Below are positions 29,960 to 40,106 of a DNA stretch of 63,447 bases, in pieces. The translations under genes were made by a program, and so were the position numbers. Source of the DNA: Candidatus Omnitrophota bacterium (GTDB taxonomy: Bacteria > Omnitrophota > Gorgyraeia > Gygaellales > JAHJCI01); NCBI GenBank assembly GCA_029932935.1, contig JAOZPD010000001.1, forward strand, positions 1 to 63,447, written 5' to 3'. How positions within the stretch are numbered: position 1 is the stretch's first letter; every line of letters begins with the position of its first letter. The notes beneath the pieces were generated by a model. The model had not been told where the DNA came from. It saw only the letters and a list, made by a program, of their open reading frames with translations, and searched no databases.

Positions 29960-32425
29960 CTAAATTACAATATTGACTAATTTATTCGGTACAACTATAA
30001 ACTTCTTAACTGGCTTTTCTATAATCCAAGATTGTATCTTTCTATCACTCAGCACTACCTCTCTCAGTTTATCTTCGGTAGTATCTATAGGCAACTCTAT
30101 CTTTGAGCGGACCTTACCATTAACCTGAATAACATAAGTAATAGTGTTTTCTTTTATAATCTCTGAATCATATACCGGCCATCCCTGCTTTGACACAGTC
30201 TCATTGCCCCCCAATTCCCTCCACATCTCCTCGGCAATATGCGGGACAAAGGGAGAAATAAGTATCACTAATATTTTTATTGCCTCTTGTATTATATCTG
30301 TATTTAACGCACTCTCTGCTACACGGTAAATCTCATTAACAAATTCCATCATACTAGCAATAGCTGTATTAAATTTAAATGACTCTATATCTTCTGTTAC
30401 CTTCTTTATAGTCAGATGAATCTTACGTAATAACTTCTCTCTATTTTCTTTATCATCGTCTGGTTTGAAAGCTATCGTATTCTTCGTTTTGTTTGTCCAT
30501 CTATATTCCTTTTCTACAAGTCGAAAGATTCTATTAAGGAAACGGTGTGCTCCAATTAACCCCTGCTGGCTCCACTCCATCTGATCTTCTGGGGGAGCGG
30601 CAAAAAGTATATAAAGTCTCAGGGTATCCGCTCCAAAGTTATCAATAATCCCATCCGGGTCAACGATGTTTCCCTTCGATTTAGACATAACCTCGCCATC
30701 CTTTAAAACCATACCTTGAGTAAGTAGTTTTTGAAATGGCTCAGAAAACTCTATTAACCCTAAGTCCTTTAAGAACTTGGTAAAAAAACGGGAGTATAAA
30801 AGATGTAAAACAGCATGTTCAATACCCCCGATATATTGATCAACAGGCAGCCAATAGGACACATCCTCTCTCTTAAATGGTGTATCTTTACAATAAGGAG
30901 AGCAGTATCTTAAAAAATACCATGAAGAATCAAAAAATGTTGCCATGGTATCCGTTTCTCTTCTTGCTGAAGATTTACAACGCGGGCAGATAGTATGAAT
31001 AAAAGATTCTACCCTGCCTAAAGGGCTGCCTCCCTTGCCAGTAAATAACGCCCTCTCTGGCAGCTCAACTGGCAAGTCCTCTTCAGGCACAGCAACAATG
31101 CCACACCTATCACAATAGATAATCGGTATGGGCGTCCCCCAGAATCTCTGTCGGGATATCAGCCAATCACGCAGACGCCAATGACACCTCTTATTGCCTA
31201 TACCTGTCTCCTCCATCCATTGAGCAATCTTAACCTTAGCCTCCTGATTTGGTAATCCGCTAAATTGCCCAGAATCAACCTGTATGCCATCTCCCTCGTA
31301 TGCCTCAGTTAACGCTGAAGACTGTATATAATCCTGCGATTGGATCACAACTCTAATAGGAAGGTTGTTCTCTCGGGCAAATAGAAAATCTCTCTGGTCA
31401 TGGGCAGGAACAGCCATAATAGCGCCTGTTCCATACTCCATTAATACATAATCTGCGACCCAGATAGGAATCTCTTCATTATTTACAGGATTAATAGCAA
31501 AGCCTCCAGTAAACATACCCTCCTTACTACACTCTGCAGAATCATAAACAGTCTTTGGTCTACTGCAAACCCTTTCGATAAAATTAACTATCTTCTCTTC
31601 CTGCGGCTTCCCTTTTATAATCTTTCTGAGAATAGGGTGTTCGGGGGCAAGGACAAGATAGGTAGCTCCGAAAATAGTATCTACTCGAGTAGTAAACACA
31701 GTGATTACATCTTCACTGTCTTTTAATCTAAAATAAATCTCCACACCCTCACTCATTCCTAACCAATTCTTCTGCATAAGAAGCACCCGCTCAGGCCAAT
31801 CAACAAGATGTTTCAAGTCTTCCAATAACTTCTCTTTATAAGCAGTGATCTTAAGAAACCATTGTTCTAAGTCTTTCTGTATTACATTACTCTTACAACG
31901 CCAGCATCTACCCTCAATAACCTCTTCATTAGCTAACGTGGTCTCACAATCAGGGCACCAATTCACGCTGGCCTTCTTCCTATAAGCAAGCCCCTTCTCA
32001 AACATCCTTAAGAATATCCACTGATTCCACTTATAATATTCGGGCAGGCAAGTAGATATCTCTCTTGTCCAATCGTAAGAAAACCCCATCCTCTTCAACT
32101 CTCGCCTCATCTCATCAATACATCCTATCGTCCATCTACGAGGATCAGTATTATTCTTTATAGCTGCGTTTTCTGCTGGTTGCCCGAAAGCATCAAAACC
32201 CATAGGATGTAAGACATTAAACCCGCGCATATTTTTATATCGCGCCAACACATCCCCAATAGTATAATTGCGCACGTGCCCCATGTGAATCTTCCCTGAT
32301 GGATAAGGAAACATCTCTAGGAGATAAAACTTCTCCCTAAACGGCTCGGTCTTAACCTGAAAGAATTTCTCTCTCTCCCAGTATTCCTGCCATTTTTTTT
32401 CTATCTCTTTAAAATTATAACCCAT
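29960..32425 (-). CDS. leuS: leucine--tRNA ligase
   Basis: 821 aa. HMGHVRNY (HIGH) and VMSKSKGN (KMSKS), plus an editing-domain insertion. Confidence 0.97.
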   Translation of the reverse strand: MGYNFKEIEKKWQEYWEREKFFQVKTEPFREKFYLLEMFPYPSGKIHMGHVRNYTIGDVLARYKNMRGFNVLHPMGFDAFGQPAENAAIKNNTDPRRWTIGCIDEMRRELKRMGFSYDWTREISTCLPEYYKWNQWIFLRMFEKGLAYRKKASVNWCPDCETTLANEEVIEGRCWRCKSNVIQKDLEQWFLKITAYKEKLLEDLKHLVDWPERVLLMQKNWLGMSEGVEIYFRLKDSEDVITVFTTRVDTIFGATYLVLAPEHPILRKIIKGKPQEEKIVNFIERVCSRPKTVYDSAECSKEGMFTGGFAINPVNNEEIPIWVADYVLMEYGTGAIMAVPAHDQRDFLFARENNLPIRVVIQSQDYIQSSALTEAYEGDGIQVDSGQFSGLPNQEAKVKIAQWMEETGIGNKRCHWRLRDWLISRQRFWGTPIPIIYCDRCGIVAVPEEDLPVELPERALFTGKGGSPLGRVESFIHTICPRCKSSARRETDTMATFFDSSWYFLRYCSPYCKDTPFKREDVSYWLPVDQYIGGIEHAVLHLLYSRFFTKFLKDLGLIEFSEPFQKLLTQGMVLKDGEVMSKSKGNIVDPDGIIDNFGADTLRLYILFAAPPEDQMEWSQQGLIGAHRFLNRIFRLVEKEYRWTNKTKNTIAFKPDDDKENREKLLRKIHLTIKKVTEDIESFKFNTAIASMMEFVNEIYRVAESALNTDIIQEAIKILVILISPFVPHIAEEMWRELGGNETVSKQGWPVYDSEIIKENTITYVIQVNGKVRSKIELPIDTTEDKLREVVLSDRKIQSWIIEKPVKKFIVVPNKLVNIVI

Positions 32426-32514
32426 CTCTTGTCTTACTTTTGAAACATTATGCGGGGAGACATGCTATCCGGAGCAATGGTAGACCTCAAAGAAACGAGT
32501 ATGACAAAATTAAG

Positions 32515-32587
32515 TGGAGCTGGAGGGATTTGAACCCTCGACCCCTTGCATGCCATGCAAGTGCTCTCCCAGCTGAGCTACAGCCCC
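32515..32587 (-). tRNA. tRNA-Ala (anticodon GGC)
   Basis: Reverse complement: GGGGCTGTAGCTCAGCTGGGAGAGCACTTGCATGGCATGCAAGGGGTCGAGGGTTCAAATCCCTCCAGCTCCA. It folds as a cloverleaf by hand: 7-bp acceptor stem with the G3:U70 Ala identity pair, anticodon loop AUGGCAU, T-loop TTCAAAT. No encoded CCA. Confidence 0.93.
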
Positions 32588-32598
32588 ATAGTTTTTTA

Positions 32599-32661
32599 AA
32601 TATACCATCAATCCACCATCCTGTCAATAAGATTGACAATCGACGAATGGGATGCTATATT
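32599..32661. promoter_or_regulatory. back-to-back divergent consensus promoters for tRNA-Ala/leuS (-) and nfeD (+)
   Basis: Plus strand: TTGACA 32633-32638, N17, TATATT 32656-32661. Minus strand: TTGACA (rc of 32622-32627), N17, TATATT (rc of 32599-32604). The two -35 boxes are the arms of the palindrome TGTCAAT-aag-ATTGACA (32622-32638). Confidence 0.5.
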
Positions 32662-32670
32662 ATCTTCAAC

Positions 32671-34092
32671 ATGAAAAGGACTCTATTTTTATCATTGATT
32701 CTTCTTTGCTTGTGGCATAATCCAAGCTTCTCTCAATCAGAAAGCCCTGTATACATTATTCCTGTAAAAGGAATTATCGATTTAGGTCTATCCGGTTTTG
32801 TCAAGCGCTCCCTTAAGGAGGCAGGAGAGAATCGGGCAAGCGTAGTGATTCTTGAAATTGACACATTTGGTGGACGCGTAGATGCTGCCGTAGAAATCTG
32901 CGATTATCTTGAAAAGGCAACCCCCTATACCATCGCCTTCATTGATGGTCAAGCCTGGTCAGCAGGAGCTTTAATCAGCCTTGCTTGTAGAAGAATAATT
33001 ATGTCCCCGGGCTCAAGCATCGGTTCAGCAGAACCACGAGCTATGGGTTTCACCGGTAGCAAGAATGAATTTACTGACGAAAAGACAGTATCAGCAATTA
33101 GAGCGAAATTCAAAGCTCTGGCGGAAGAAAATAAACATCCAGTAAACTTAGCTATAGCAATGGTGGATAAGGACTTCGAAATAAAACAGATAAGGATAAA
33201 AAATGAAATTAGGCTTTTAACCGCTGATGAGCTACAGAGATATAAATCCAGGGATATACAAACTATTAAAACTGTCAGTCCGAAAGGTAAATTACTAAAT
33301 CTTACCTCTGCAGAGGCAAAAGAGCTGGGATTGGCTGAGGAGATACTCGATAATCGTGCAGCAGTTATTAACTATCTGGGAGTCAATAACAGAAATATTG
33401 TCCAAGCCAGTCCTACCTGGTCAGAATCCCTTGTGCGCTTTCTCACCCATCCCTTGGTAAGCCCCCTGCTTTTAACGCTTGGTTTCTTAGGTATGCTATT
33501 TGAATTAAAAATACCTGGCTGGGGCTTATCCGGAAGCTTAGGATTATTATTCCTGGCCTTGTTTTTTTGGGGTCACCATCTGGTAGGACTGGCCAGCTGG
33601 ATAGAATTGATTATTTTCTTTATAGGTATATTGCTTTTAATACTGGAGATATTTGTCATTCCTGGTTTCGGTGTAGCCGGTATTACCGGCATTATCCTTA
33701 TTCTTACCGGTATATTCTTAAGTCTGATCAAATCTCCCTTCTACAGTCCCAGGGCTCAACTAACACAGGCCTTCTATACTTTAAGCATCACCATCATTGT
33801 TACCTTCGTAGGGGTTATCTTAGGATGGAGACTGCTGCCCCATACATCATTATGGAAAAGAATCATTCTTAATTCTGCAGAGATGAAACAAGAAGGATTT
33901 CAATCCACTACCGTACTCGAGAATTATTTAGGAAAGACCGGGGTGAGCCTTACTGTATTAAGGCCGACTGGTAGAGCAATCATCGACCAAAGAACACTAG
34001 ATGTAATCACCGAGGGTGAATTTATCGATAAGAATAAGTCAGTTAAGGTAATAAAGGTCGAGGGAAACAAGATAATAGTAAAGGAGGTATAG
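32671..34092 (+). CDS. NfeD-family membrane-bound ClpP-class serine protease
   Basis: The true start is ATG 32671 (MKRTLFLSLILLCLW..., a signal-like segment). It has a ClpP-like domain (VVILEIDTFGGRVDAA...GQAWSAGALISLAC), several TM helices and a C-terminal NfeD OB domain. The first 77 codons of the ORF-track entry run antisense through tRNA-Ala and are spurious. Confidence 0.85.
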   Translation: MKRTLFLSLILLCLWHNPSFSQSESPVYIIPVKGIIDLGLSGFVKRSLKEAGENRASVVILEIDTFGGRVDAAVEICDYLEKATPYTIAFIDGQAWSAGALISLACRRIIMSPGSSIGSAEPRAMGFTGSKNEFTDEKTVSAIRAKFKALAEENKHPVNLAIAMVDKDFEIKQIRIKNEIRLLTADELQRYKSRDIQTIKTVSPKGKLLNLTSAEAKELGLAEEILDNRAAVINYLGVNNRNIVQASPTWSESLVRFLTHPLVSPLLLTLGFLGMLFELKIPGWGLSGSLGLLFLALFFWGHHLVGLASWIELIIFFIGILLLILEIFVIPGFGVAGITGIILILTGIFLSLIKSPFYSPRAQLTQAFYTLSITIIVTFVGVILGWRLLPHTSLWKRIILNSAEMKQEGFQSTTVLENYLGKTGVSLTVLRPTGRAIIDQRTLDVITEGEFIDKNKSVKVIKVEGNKIIVKEV

Positions 34093-35070
34093 ATGCCATT
34101 TTTAGCCTTATTGGTTTTAATCATAATCTCGTTCTTCTTTTTGTTTGTTTATCTTATTCCTGTTAGATTATGGATTGCAGCTATTGCTGCAGGAGTACGT
34201 ATCAGCATCTTTAGCTTAGTAGGTATGCGTTTACGAAAAGTAGACCCATATGTAATTATCAATTCAATGATAATGTTGCATAAGGCTGGTCTGCAGGTAA
34301 TTACTGATCGCTTAGAAGCACACTATCTGGCAGGAGGAGATGTTATCCGGGTGGTAAAAGCTCTTATTTCAGCAGATAAAGCAAATATGGATTTAAAGTT
34401 TGAACGTGCCTGCGCCATTGACCTAGCCGGACGAGATGTGCTGGATGCAGTAAAAACATCGGTTAATCCCCGGGTGATAGATGCACCCAAGGAAGGAGTG
34501 CTGGCGGCGGTAGCAAAAGATGGAATAGAATTAAAAGCTAAAGCACGCGTTACCGTCAGAGCAAACCTAGAGCGTTTGGTTGGCGGAGCAACTGAAGAAA
34601 CAATAGTAGCCCGTGTAGGAGAAGGTATCGTTACTACTATCGGCTCATCAGAAACCTATAAACATGTCTTGGAAAATCCCGATGCCATATCCAAAACTGT
34701 ACTTGCCAAAGGATTAGATGCGGGTACTGCCTTTGAAATCCTCTCTATTGATATTGCTGATGTGGATGTAGGTAAAAATGTGGGGGCATCATTACAAACA
34801 AGTCAGGCCGAGGCAGATTTAAAGATAGCTCAAGCGCGTGCAGAAACCCGTAGAGCAATGGCTGTTGCTCAAGAGCAAGAGATGAAAGCAAAAGCTCAAG
34901 AGATGCGTGCAAAAGTTATTGAGGCTGAAGCCCAGGTTCCTCTGGCAATTGCTCAGGCATTCCGTGAGGGCAAACTAGGGGTGATGGACTATTATAACAT
35001 TCGCAATATTCAAGCTGATACGTCAATGCGAGAACGCATTGGAAAAACGCCTGAGGAGAAGAAGAAGTAA
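34093..35070 (+). CDS. floA: flotillin-like protein FloA (SPFH domain, UPF0365)
   Basis: 325 aa. The N-terminal hairpin [35 protein letters not shown] and [21 protein letters not shown] are characteristic of FloA/YqfA. The classic nfeD-floA pairing supports the call. Confidence 0.9.
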   Translation: MPFLALLVLIIISFFFLFVYLIPVRLWIAAIAAGVRISIFSLVGMRLRKVDPYVIINSMIMLHKAGLQVITDRLEAHYLAGGDVIRVVKALISADKANMDLKFERACAIDLAGRDVLDAVKTSVNPRVIDAPKEGVLAAVAKDGIELKAKARVTVRANLERLVGGATEETIVARVGEGIVTTIGSSETYKHVLENPDAISKTVLAKGLDAGTAFEILSIDIADVDVGKNVGASLQTSQAEADLKIAQARAETRRAMAVAQEQEMKAKAQEMRAKVIEAEAQVPLAIAQAFREGKLGVMDYYNIRNIQADTSMRERIGKTPEEKKK

Positions 35071-35510
35071 TGTTACGTTTCCTACTATTTATTATCTTTA
35101 TTATTTTAATGCAAAGATTGATGAAAACTCTCCAGGAGCAACAAAAACAGCAACAGGAAGAGATGAATAACGGTGAGTTCGAAGATATTTTTCAGGTACT
35201 TAATATACCTGCTCCATCCCAACCGCAGAGACAGAGAGTTCCTGTTGAGCAAGAAATACAAAAAACAGAGAAGACAGCCATCGTTAAAAAACAGATAAAG
35301 AAAGCAGAACAAGAAACCCCTGGGGCTAAAATAGATGTTGTAACCCCACTTCAATCTGAACAAGCAGAAAATGGAAGAACAGAACCTTATTCCGACGGGC
35401 TTCTTTCCGGAGATAAAATCGAGGAGGGAATAGTTCTTTCTGAAATACTGGGTCCGCCTAAAGCTTACCAGAGAATACGCCGGAGTGGTGAAATTGGCAG
35501 ACACGCATGA
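35070..35510 (+). CDS. membrane-anchored Gln/Glu/Lys-rich protein of unknown function
   Basis: 146 aa. The start overlaps the floA stop (TAATG). N-terminal TM segment, then a low-complexity region. The last 32 nt overlap tRNA-Leu. Confidence 0.45.
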   Translation: MLRFLLFIIFIILMQRLMKTLQEQQKQQQEEMNNGEFEDIFQVLNIPAPSQPQRQRVPVEQEIQKTEKTAIVKKQIKKAEQETPGAKIDVVTPLQSEQAENGRTEPYSDGLLSGDKIEEGIVLSEILGPPKAYQRIRRSGEIGRHA

Positions 35511-35563
35511 CTCAAAATCATGTGAGGTTACCCCTCGTGTCGGTTCGACTCCGACCTCCGGCA
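35479..35563 (+). tRNA. tRNA-Leu (anticodon CAA)
   Basis: 85 nt: GCCGGAGTGGTGAAATTGGCAGACACGCATGACTCAAAATCATGTGAGGTTACCCCTCGTGTCGGTTCGACTCCGACCTCCGGCA. Acceptor GCCGGAG/CTCCGGC, anticodon stem CATGA/TCATG with loop CTCAAAA, a long variable arm, and T-arm GTCGG-TTCGACT-CCGAC. Followed by a T-run. Confidence 0.93.
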
Positions 35564-35604
35564 TAAATTTTTTATAGTAATAGAACTACAAAGGAGGAGA
35601 TAGA

Positions 35605-36048
35605 ATGAGATTTAAATTTACTACTCTTATTGTTCTTATATTCGCGGTGGGCGTTATTACATCCTCACTTGCATATGACGAACGGATTATTAAACCAATA
35701 AGAAGCCCTGACGACATATTATTAACACCCAGTGTTTATGAAAAGATCTCCAAGCTCGATGAGACCGAACAACAGATAAGTTATTCTACCTACGTTGCCG
35801 GCTTCCTTGACGCTGTTGTGTTACAGGAGGCTGAGAAGATTCAAAAGAATCCGTCTTACTCCTTAAATATCAAACAATTTCTTGAGGAATGCCAGGGTAT
35901 GAGCATAGGACAGCTCGCTGATACAATGCTGATGTTTTATAAAGAAAATCCCCAGTGGAGAGATATGAAACCCGTTATTGTATTGATAAGCGTAATCCCC
36001 AGATTAAGGAAAGGCCTACCGCCCATACCTGCTTTACAGGAAGAATAA
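35605..36048 (+). CDS. secreted/periplasmic protein of unknown function (weak Rap1a/Tai-like immunity resemblance)
   Basis: 147 aa. Strong SD AAAGGAGGAG and a signal peptide. The YVAGFLDAVV ... C..MSIGQLADTMLMFYKENPQWRD pattern is reminiscent of Rap1a-type immunity proteins. From memory only. Confidence 0.5.
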   Translation: MRFKFTTLIVLIFAVGVITSSLAYDERIIKPIRSPDDILLTPSVYEKISKLDETEQQISYSTYVAGFLDAVVLQEAEKIQKNPSYSLNIKQFLEECQGMSIGQLADTMLMFYKENPQWRDMKPVIVLISVIPRLRKGLPPIPALQEE

Positions 36049-36062
36049 AATCTGCTGATACT

Positions 36063-36731
36063 CTATATATTCTTTAACGGACAGATATGACAGTCTGGTT
36101 TTGACCTGCAGATTGTCTTGCCCAACCTAACTAAGAGTGCATGATATTCATTGAATAACGTGGCCTTGGTTTCTAAATTATTCATAAAATAATTCTGAAT
36201 TTCGCAATAACTGGCTTTTGGTTCTATTAGATTGTGTCTGCCTAATATCCGTTTCGTATATGCGTCAACTACAAAAACAGGCTTATTACCTGCGTATAGA
36301 AGAATGGAATCAGCTGTCTCCTCTCCTATCCCATTTATCTCTAGAAGCCTTGCTCGCAGTATTAGATAATCCTCAGAAAACATCCTCTTGAGGCTACCTT
36401 GATAATTATTGAATAAAAACTGAATGAAATTCTTAACCTTTTTCGCCTTCTGATTATAATAACCCGTAGACCTTATAAATGTAGCTAATCTTCTAGTGGA
36501 TATTTCTTTTAATGACTTAGGTTTTAGAAGGTTGGCCTTATTGAGATTAATGATTGCCTTCTCCACATTTGCCCAACTGGTATTCTGCGTAAGAATAGCT
36601 CCAATAATCACCTCGAAGGGTGTCTCTGCTGGCCACCAATGCTGTGGTCCGAAGGCCCTATATAGTCTCTCATATATCTCCAAGACTATCTTTCCAGAGG
36701 CTCTACTAGGAAACATACTTCTGCCTGTCAA
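36063..36731 (-). CDS. endonuclease III-like HhH-GPD DNA glycosylase family protein
   Basis: 222 aa. AILTQNTSW, the HhH motif LLEINGIGEETADSILLYA, VDAYTKRIL, and a C-terminal Cys cluster CRSKPDCHICP. Confidence 0.8.
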   Translation of the reverse strand: MTGRSMFPSRASGKIVLEIYERLYRAFGPQHWWPAETPFEVIIGAILTQNTSWANVEKAIINLNKANLLKPKSLKEISTRRLATFIRSTGYYNQKAKKVKNFIQFLFNNYQGSLKRMFSEDYLILRARLLEINGIGEETADSILLYAGNKPVFVVDAYTKRILGRHNLIEPKASYCEIQNYFMNNLETKATLFNEYHALLVRLGKTICRSKPDCHICPLKNI

Positions 36732-36771
36732 CTCTTATAAATCTCTAAAACTATCTCTGAAAACTTCCATA

Positions 36772-37785
36772 TTAACCAGTTATCCTTAACTGCCCACAAG
36801 CAGCCTGAATATCTATCCCTCTTGGACGTCTGATTGTCGTAGGAATACCGTGCTTAAGAAGCGCGTTTTTAAACAGGAGTATCTCTAACTTATTAGGCGC
36901 AGCGAATTCTCTTCTGAAAGGACTGGGAATTATAAGATTTACCTTGGCATCCAAGCCTACAAGAAGCCTTGCCAGCCTCTGCGATTGTCTCAAATCAGAG
37001 TTTACGTTCTTAATTAATGTATATTCAAACGTAATCTGTCGTTTTGTTTTCCTAAAATAGGCCCGACATGCCGATAACAGTTTTTCTAAAGGGTATCTTT
37101 TATTTATTGGCATAAGGTATGTACGTGTTCTGTTATCAGCAGCGTGCAGGGAAATTGAGAGCTCAATCTGTATATTCTCCTCGGCCAATCTCTGAATGCC
37201 AGGTATTAATCCGCAGGTAGATATTGTCATCTTTCTGGCCCCAATATGAAGACAGTCAGGAGAGTTGAATATTCGTACGGCCTTTAGAACATTATCGTAA
37301 TTATCTAATGGCTCTCCCACACCCATAAATACCACATTATTAACCCTACTACCCAGACTATCTTCTAAGCAAAGTAACTGCTCGACAATCTCTCCGCTGG
37401 ATAAATTACGCCTCCAACCGAACATACCGCTTGCGCAAAACCGACAAGCAAACCTACAACCCACCTGTGTGGAGATGCATGCAGTCAGGCGCCCTGAGAT
37501 CGGAATAAGCACAGATTCAATACGCTCTTCATCGGAAAGCTTATAAAGAAACTTTTGTGTTCCATCGGAGGAAATCTGCCTTTTAAGTAATATAGAGTTA
37601 GATATATAGAAATGGTGTTTTAGGTGATTACGGAGATGATAAGACAAATTGGTCATGCGGTCAAAATTAAACTCCCTCTTTTTATAAACCCAGGAGAATA
37701 TCTGCCTGGCAGAGAAAACAGGAAAATTTTGCTTTTTTAAATATATCTCTAAATCATTCAAACTAAAGTCCAAGATTAATCGCAC
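36772..37785 (-). CDS. rlmN: 23S rRNA/tRNA adenine-C2 methyltransferase RlmN (radical SAM)
   Basis: 337 aa. ISTQVGCRFACRFCASG (CxxxCxxC), NVVFMGVGEPLDN, and ISLHA...R; a C-terminal catalytic Cys region is present. Confidence 0.9.
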   Translation of the reverse strand: MRLILDFSLNDLEIYLKKQNFPVFSARQIFSWVYKKREFNFDRMTNLSYHLRNHLKHHFYISNSILLKRQISSDGTQKFLYKLSDEERIESVLIPISGRLTACISTQVGCRFACRFCASGMFGWRRNLSSGEIVEQLLCLEDSLGSRVNNVVFMGVGEPLDNYDNVLKAVRIFNSPDCLHIGARKMTISTCGLIPGIQRLAEENIQIELSISLHAADNRTRTYLMPINKRYPLEKLLSACRAYFRKTKRQITFEYTLIKNVNSDLRQSQRLARLLVGLDAKVNLIIPSPFRREFAAPNKLEILLFKNALLKHGIPTTIRRPRGIDIQAACGQLRITG

Positions 37786-37802
37786 TTTAAATCTGGATTA
37801 CT

Positions 37803-38441
37803 TTATTTAAGATATGGATATATAACCTGATAAATTCTCTCTGCGATAATCCTGTAGCCTCTGGCATTAGGATGAAAGTGGTCAACCTTAAGAAGCGGGT
37901 CAGAAATGATATCTTTGAGTAGGCTGGGAATAAATATTGCCCGTGTCTGATGAGCCAATCTTTTATATGCCTTCCGATAACCTCTCATAATCAACCCGCT
38001 ACTTATATCTGCAATTGCTACCATTGCCCCACTGTCCTGTATCCTCTCAATCATCATCCTGATATTATTGATTGTTTGGGATAACGGCATCTTTTTAAGA
38101 AAGTCATTCCCACCAAATTCAATTATTACCAATCTTGGTCGAAAGGATAAGACATCTCTCTCTAATCGCCCTATACCATCCAGAGAGGTATCTCCACTGT
38201 ATCCCGCATTGACCACAGGAGAATCGAGTAATTCAGAGAGGATGCGGGGATAACTCTCCTCTTCAGAAACACCTAAACCAGCAGTAATACTGTCGCCAAA
38301 ACAGATAATTTCTCTACCCTTAGAATCAATATTTTTAATTTTGTATCTTACACACCCAGAGAAAAGGACTAATAAAAATACGAGACAAAACAACAACCAG
38401 TCTACTCTGAGAGTCTTATTGTATATCCTGCCTTTCAACAT
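37803..38441 (-). CDS. SGNH/GDSL hydrolase (arylesterase-like)
   Basis: 212 aa. Signal/anchor segment, ICFGDSITAG (block I), GYSGDT, EFGGND, and DHFHPN (block V). Confidence 0.8.
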   Translation of the reverse strand: MLKGRIYNKTLRVDWLLFCLVFLLVLFSGCVRYKIKNIDSKGREIICFGDSITAGLGVSEEESYPRILSELLDSPVVNAGYSGDTSLDGIGRLERDVLSFRPRLVIIEFGGNDFLKKMPLSQTINNIRMMIERIQDSGAMVAIADISSGLIMRGYRKAYKRLAHQTRAIFIPSLLKDIISDPLLKVDHFHPNARGYRIIAERIYQVIYPYLK

Positions 38442-38568
38442 AATTCTACCACAAAGAGCCTAGACTATAACCCTATCCTTATGTCCACACTATGAATTAT
38501 TGAAGAGGCGCGTATAAACTTACATTGGAAATAAAGAGGCGAAAACACTTAAACTATCCAGATAGAAT

Positions 38569-39087
38569 TTAACTATGTTTAATAAGGCGTTCTAAAAAGG
38601 CTATCTCGGTATTGAGCATCTCTAAATTGTGCTCCAGAATTAGCCATAAAAAGGAGGGTGATTTTTTATTCTTTAGCGAACGAATCATTCTATTAAGCCC
38701 ATGGGATATTCTCTCTAGTAATCTAATCCTTGTTTGTATGCGGCGTTTCAACACCCCTGGTTTTACATAGCGAATAAAATACAGGCTAATATCCAGACTG
38801 AATATGGGGCGTTTAAAATCCAGGAAACTTTTCAATAATAGATTGTTAAACCGTGACTCACCTTGAGCAGTCAGGCTATAAATAAAACGCCTGGGGCGGT
38901 TAGATTGCCTAACAATTTTCTTTACCACCAGACCTTTCTCCTCTAAAATCCTCAAGGGATAATAGATAGATTTTATCTCAAGGCCGGCAAACAGGAAAAG
39001 AATCTCCCTGATTCTCTTCTTTATCTCATATCCATGCTTGCTGCCCTCTTTAAGCAAGCCCAAAAATAATAATTCTTGCTCAATCAT
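38569..39087 (-). CDS. PadR-family transcriptional regulator
   Basis: 172 aa. [16 protein letters not shown]...[14 protein letters not shown] winged-helix PadR signature. It overlaps the accA stop by 8 nt. Confidence 0.8.
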   Translation of the reverse strand: MIEQELLFLGLLKEGSKHGYEIKKRIREILFLFAGLEIKSIYYPLRILEEKGLVVKKIVRQSNRPRRFIYSLTAQGESRFNNLLLKSFLDFKRPIFSLDISLYFIRYVKPGVLKRRIQTRIRLLERISHGLNRMIRSLKNKKSPSFLWLILEHNLEMLNTEIAFLERLIKHS

Positions 39088-40033
39088 TTAAGAACCTTCC
39101 AATATTGCGGTATTTCTTATAGCGTGTTTTCAGCAACTCCGATATAGATAAGGCGAGTAACTCTTTAATATGTTTTATAATCGCTGCCTTTAACGTTGAA
39201 GCCATGCCTTCCGGATTACGGTGCGCACCACCCATGGGTTCAGGGATTACCTCATCAATAATGCCCAGTCTTAACAAATCATTGGCAGTCAACTTCAATA
39301 CCTCTGCTGCCTCTGGAGCCTTGCTTCCTGTCTTCCAAAGTATAGCTGCACACCCCTCAGGAGAGATAACTGAATAATAGGCATTCTCTAATACGCATAT
39401 TCGATCAGCTACACCAATACCCAAAGCCCCGCCACTACCACCCTCGCCTATAACAACTACCAGTATGGGAACTGCGATACCAGCCATCTCTCTTAGATTT
39501 AAAGCAATACTTTGAGCCTGACCACGCTCTTCCGCACCAACACCCGGATAAGCCCCTGGGGTATCAATAAAAATAACTATAGGTAAACCGAATTTCTCGG
39601 CCAGCTTCATTAATCTCAATGCCTTGCGATAACCCTCCGGGTGAGCGCAACCAAAATTTCGCATAAGATTCTCTTTGGTATCCCTACCCTTTTGGTGTCC
39701 AATCACCATAATCCTTTGCTGTTGCAGAGTAGCAAACCCACCCACAATAGCCTTATCATCGGCAAAACTACGGTCACCGTGCAACTCAATAAAATCATTC
39801 ATTAACATCTGTATATAATCCATTGTATATGGACGGCTGGGATGGCGGGCAATCTGCACCTTCTGCCAGGCAGTAAGATTAGTATAAATTTCTACCTTTA
39901 GGTGATGTAATTTTTCTTCCAATCGTTTTATCTCTGAAGATAAATTAATCTTTTTATCAGATGTAAAATCCTTTAACTCTCGGATTTTATTCTCCAGTTC
40001 TAATATTGGCTTCTCAAAGTCTAATCCATTCAT
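39080..40033 (-). CDS. accA: acetyl-CoA carboxylase carboxyltransferase subunit alpha
   Basis: 317 aa. [32 protein letters not shown], and [13 protein letters not shown]. Confidence 0.93.
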   Translation of the reverse strand: MNGLDFEKPILELENKIRELKDFTSDKKINLSSEIKRLEEKLHHLKVEIYTNLTAWQKVQIARHPSRPYTMDYIQMLMNDFIELHGDRSFADDKAIVGGFATLQQQRIMVIGHQKGRDTKENLMRNFGCAHPEGYRKALRLMKLAEKFGLPIVIFIDTPGAYPGVGAEERGQAQSIALNLREMAGIAVPILVVVIGEGGSGGALGIGVADRICVLENAYYSVISPEGCAAILWKTGSKAPEAAEVLKLTANDLLRLGIIDEVIPEPMGGAHRNPEGMASTLKAAIIKHIKELLALSISELLKTRYKKYRNIGRFLND

Positions 40034-40106
40034 ATCAAAATACTATCTATTTAACTCTTTTCCAATATCAAGATTTGGCTCTTTCCTTACATAAGAGGGA
40101 CATAAG

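Noticed and set aside
32440-32670. The N-terminal 77 codons of the ORF-track entry 32440..34092.
   Set aside because: This stretch reads through the antisense of tRNA-Ala and through the divergent promoter. The real NfeD start is ATG 32671, with a signal-like N-terminus.
35106-35564. 152-aa minus-strand ORF.
   Set aside because: Antisense to tRNA-Leu and to the 146-aa floA-coupled ORF, with a low-complexity translation.
32515-36048. The tRNA-Ala and tRNA-Leu neighbourhoods as integration sites for a genomic island or prophage.
   Set aside because: I saw no integrase, no direct repeat of the tRNA 3' end, and no phage or transposase genes. The flanking genes are leuS, nfeD-floA and DNA-repair genes.
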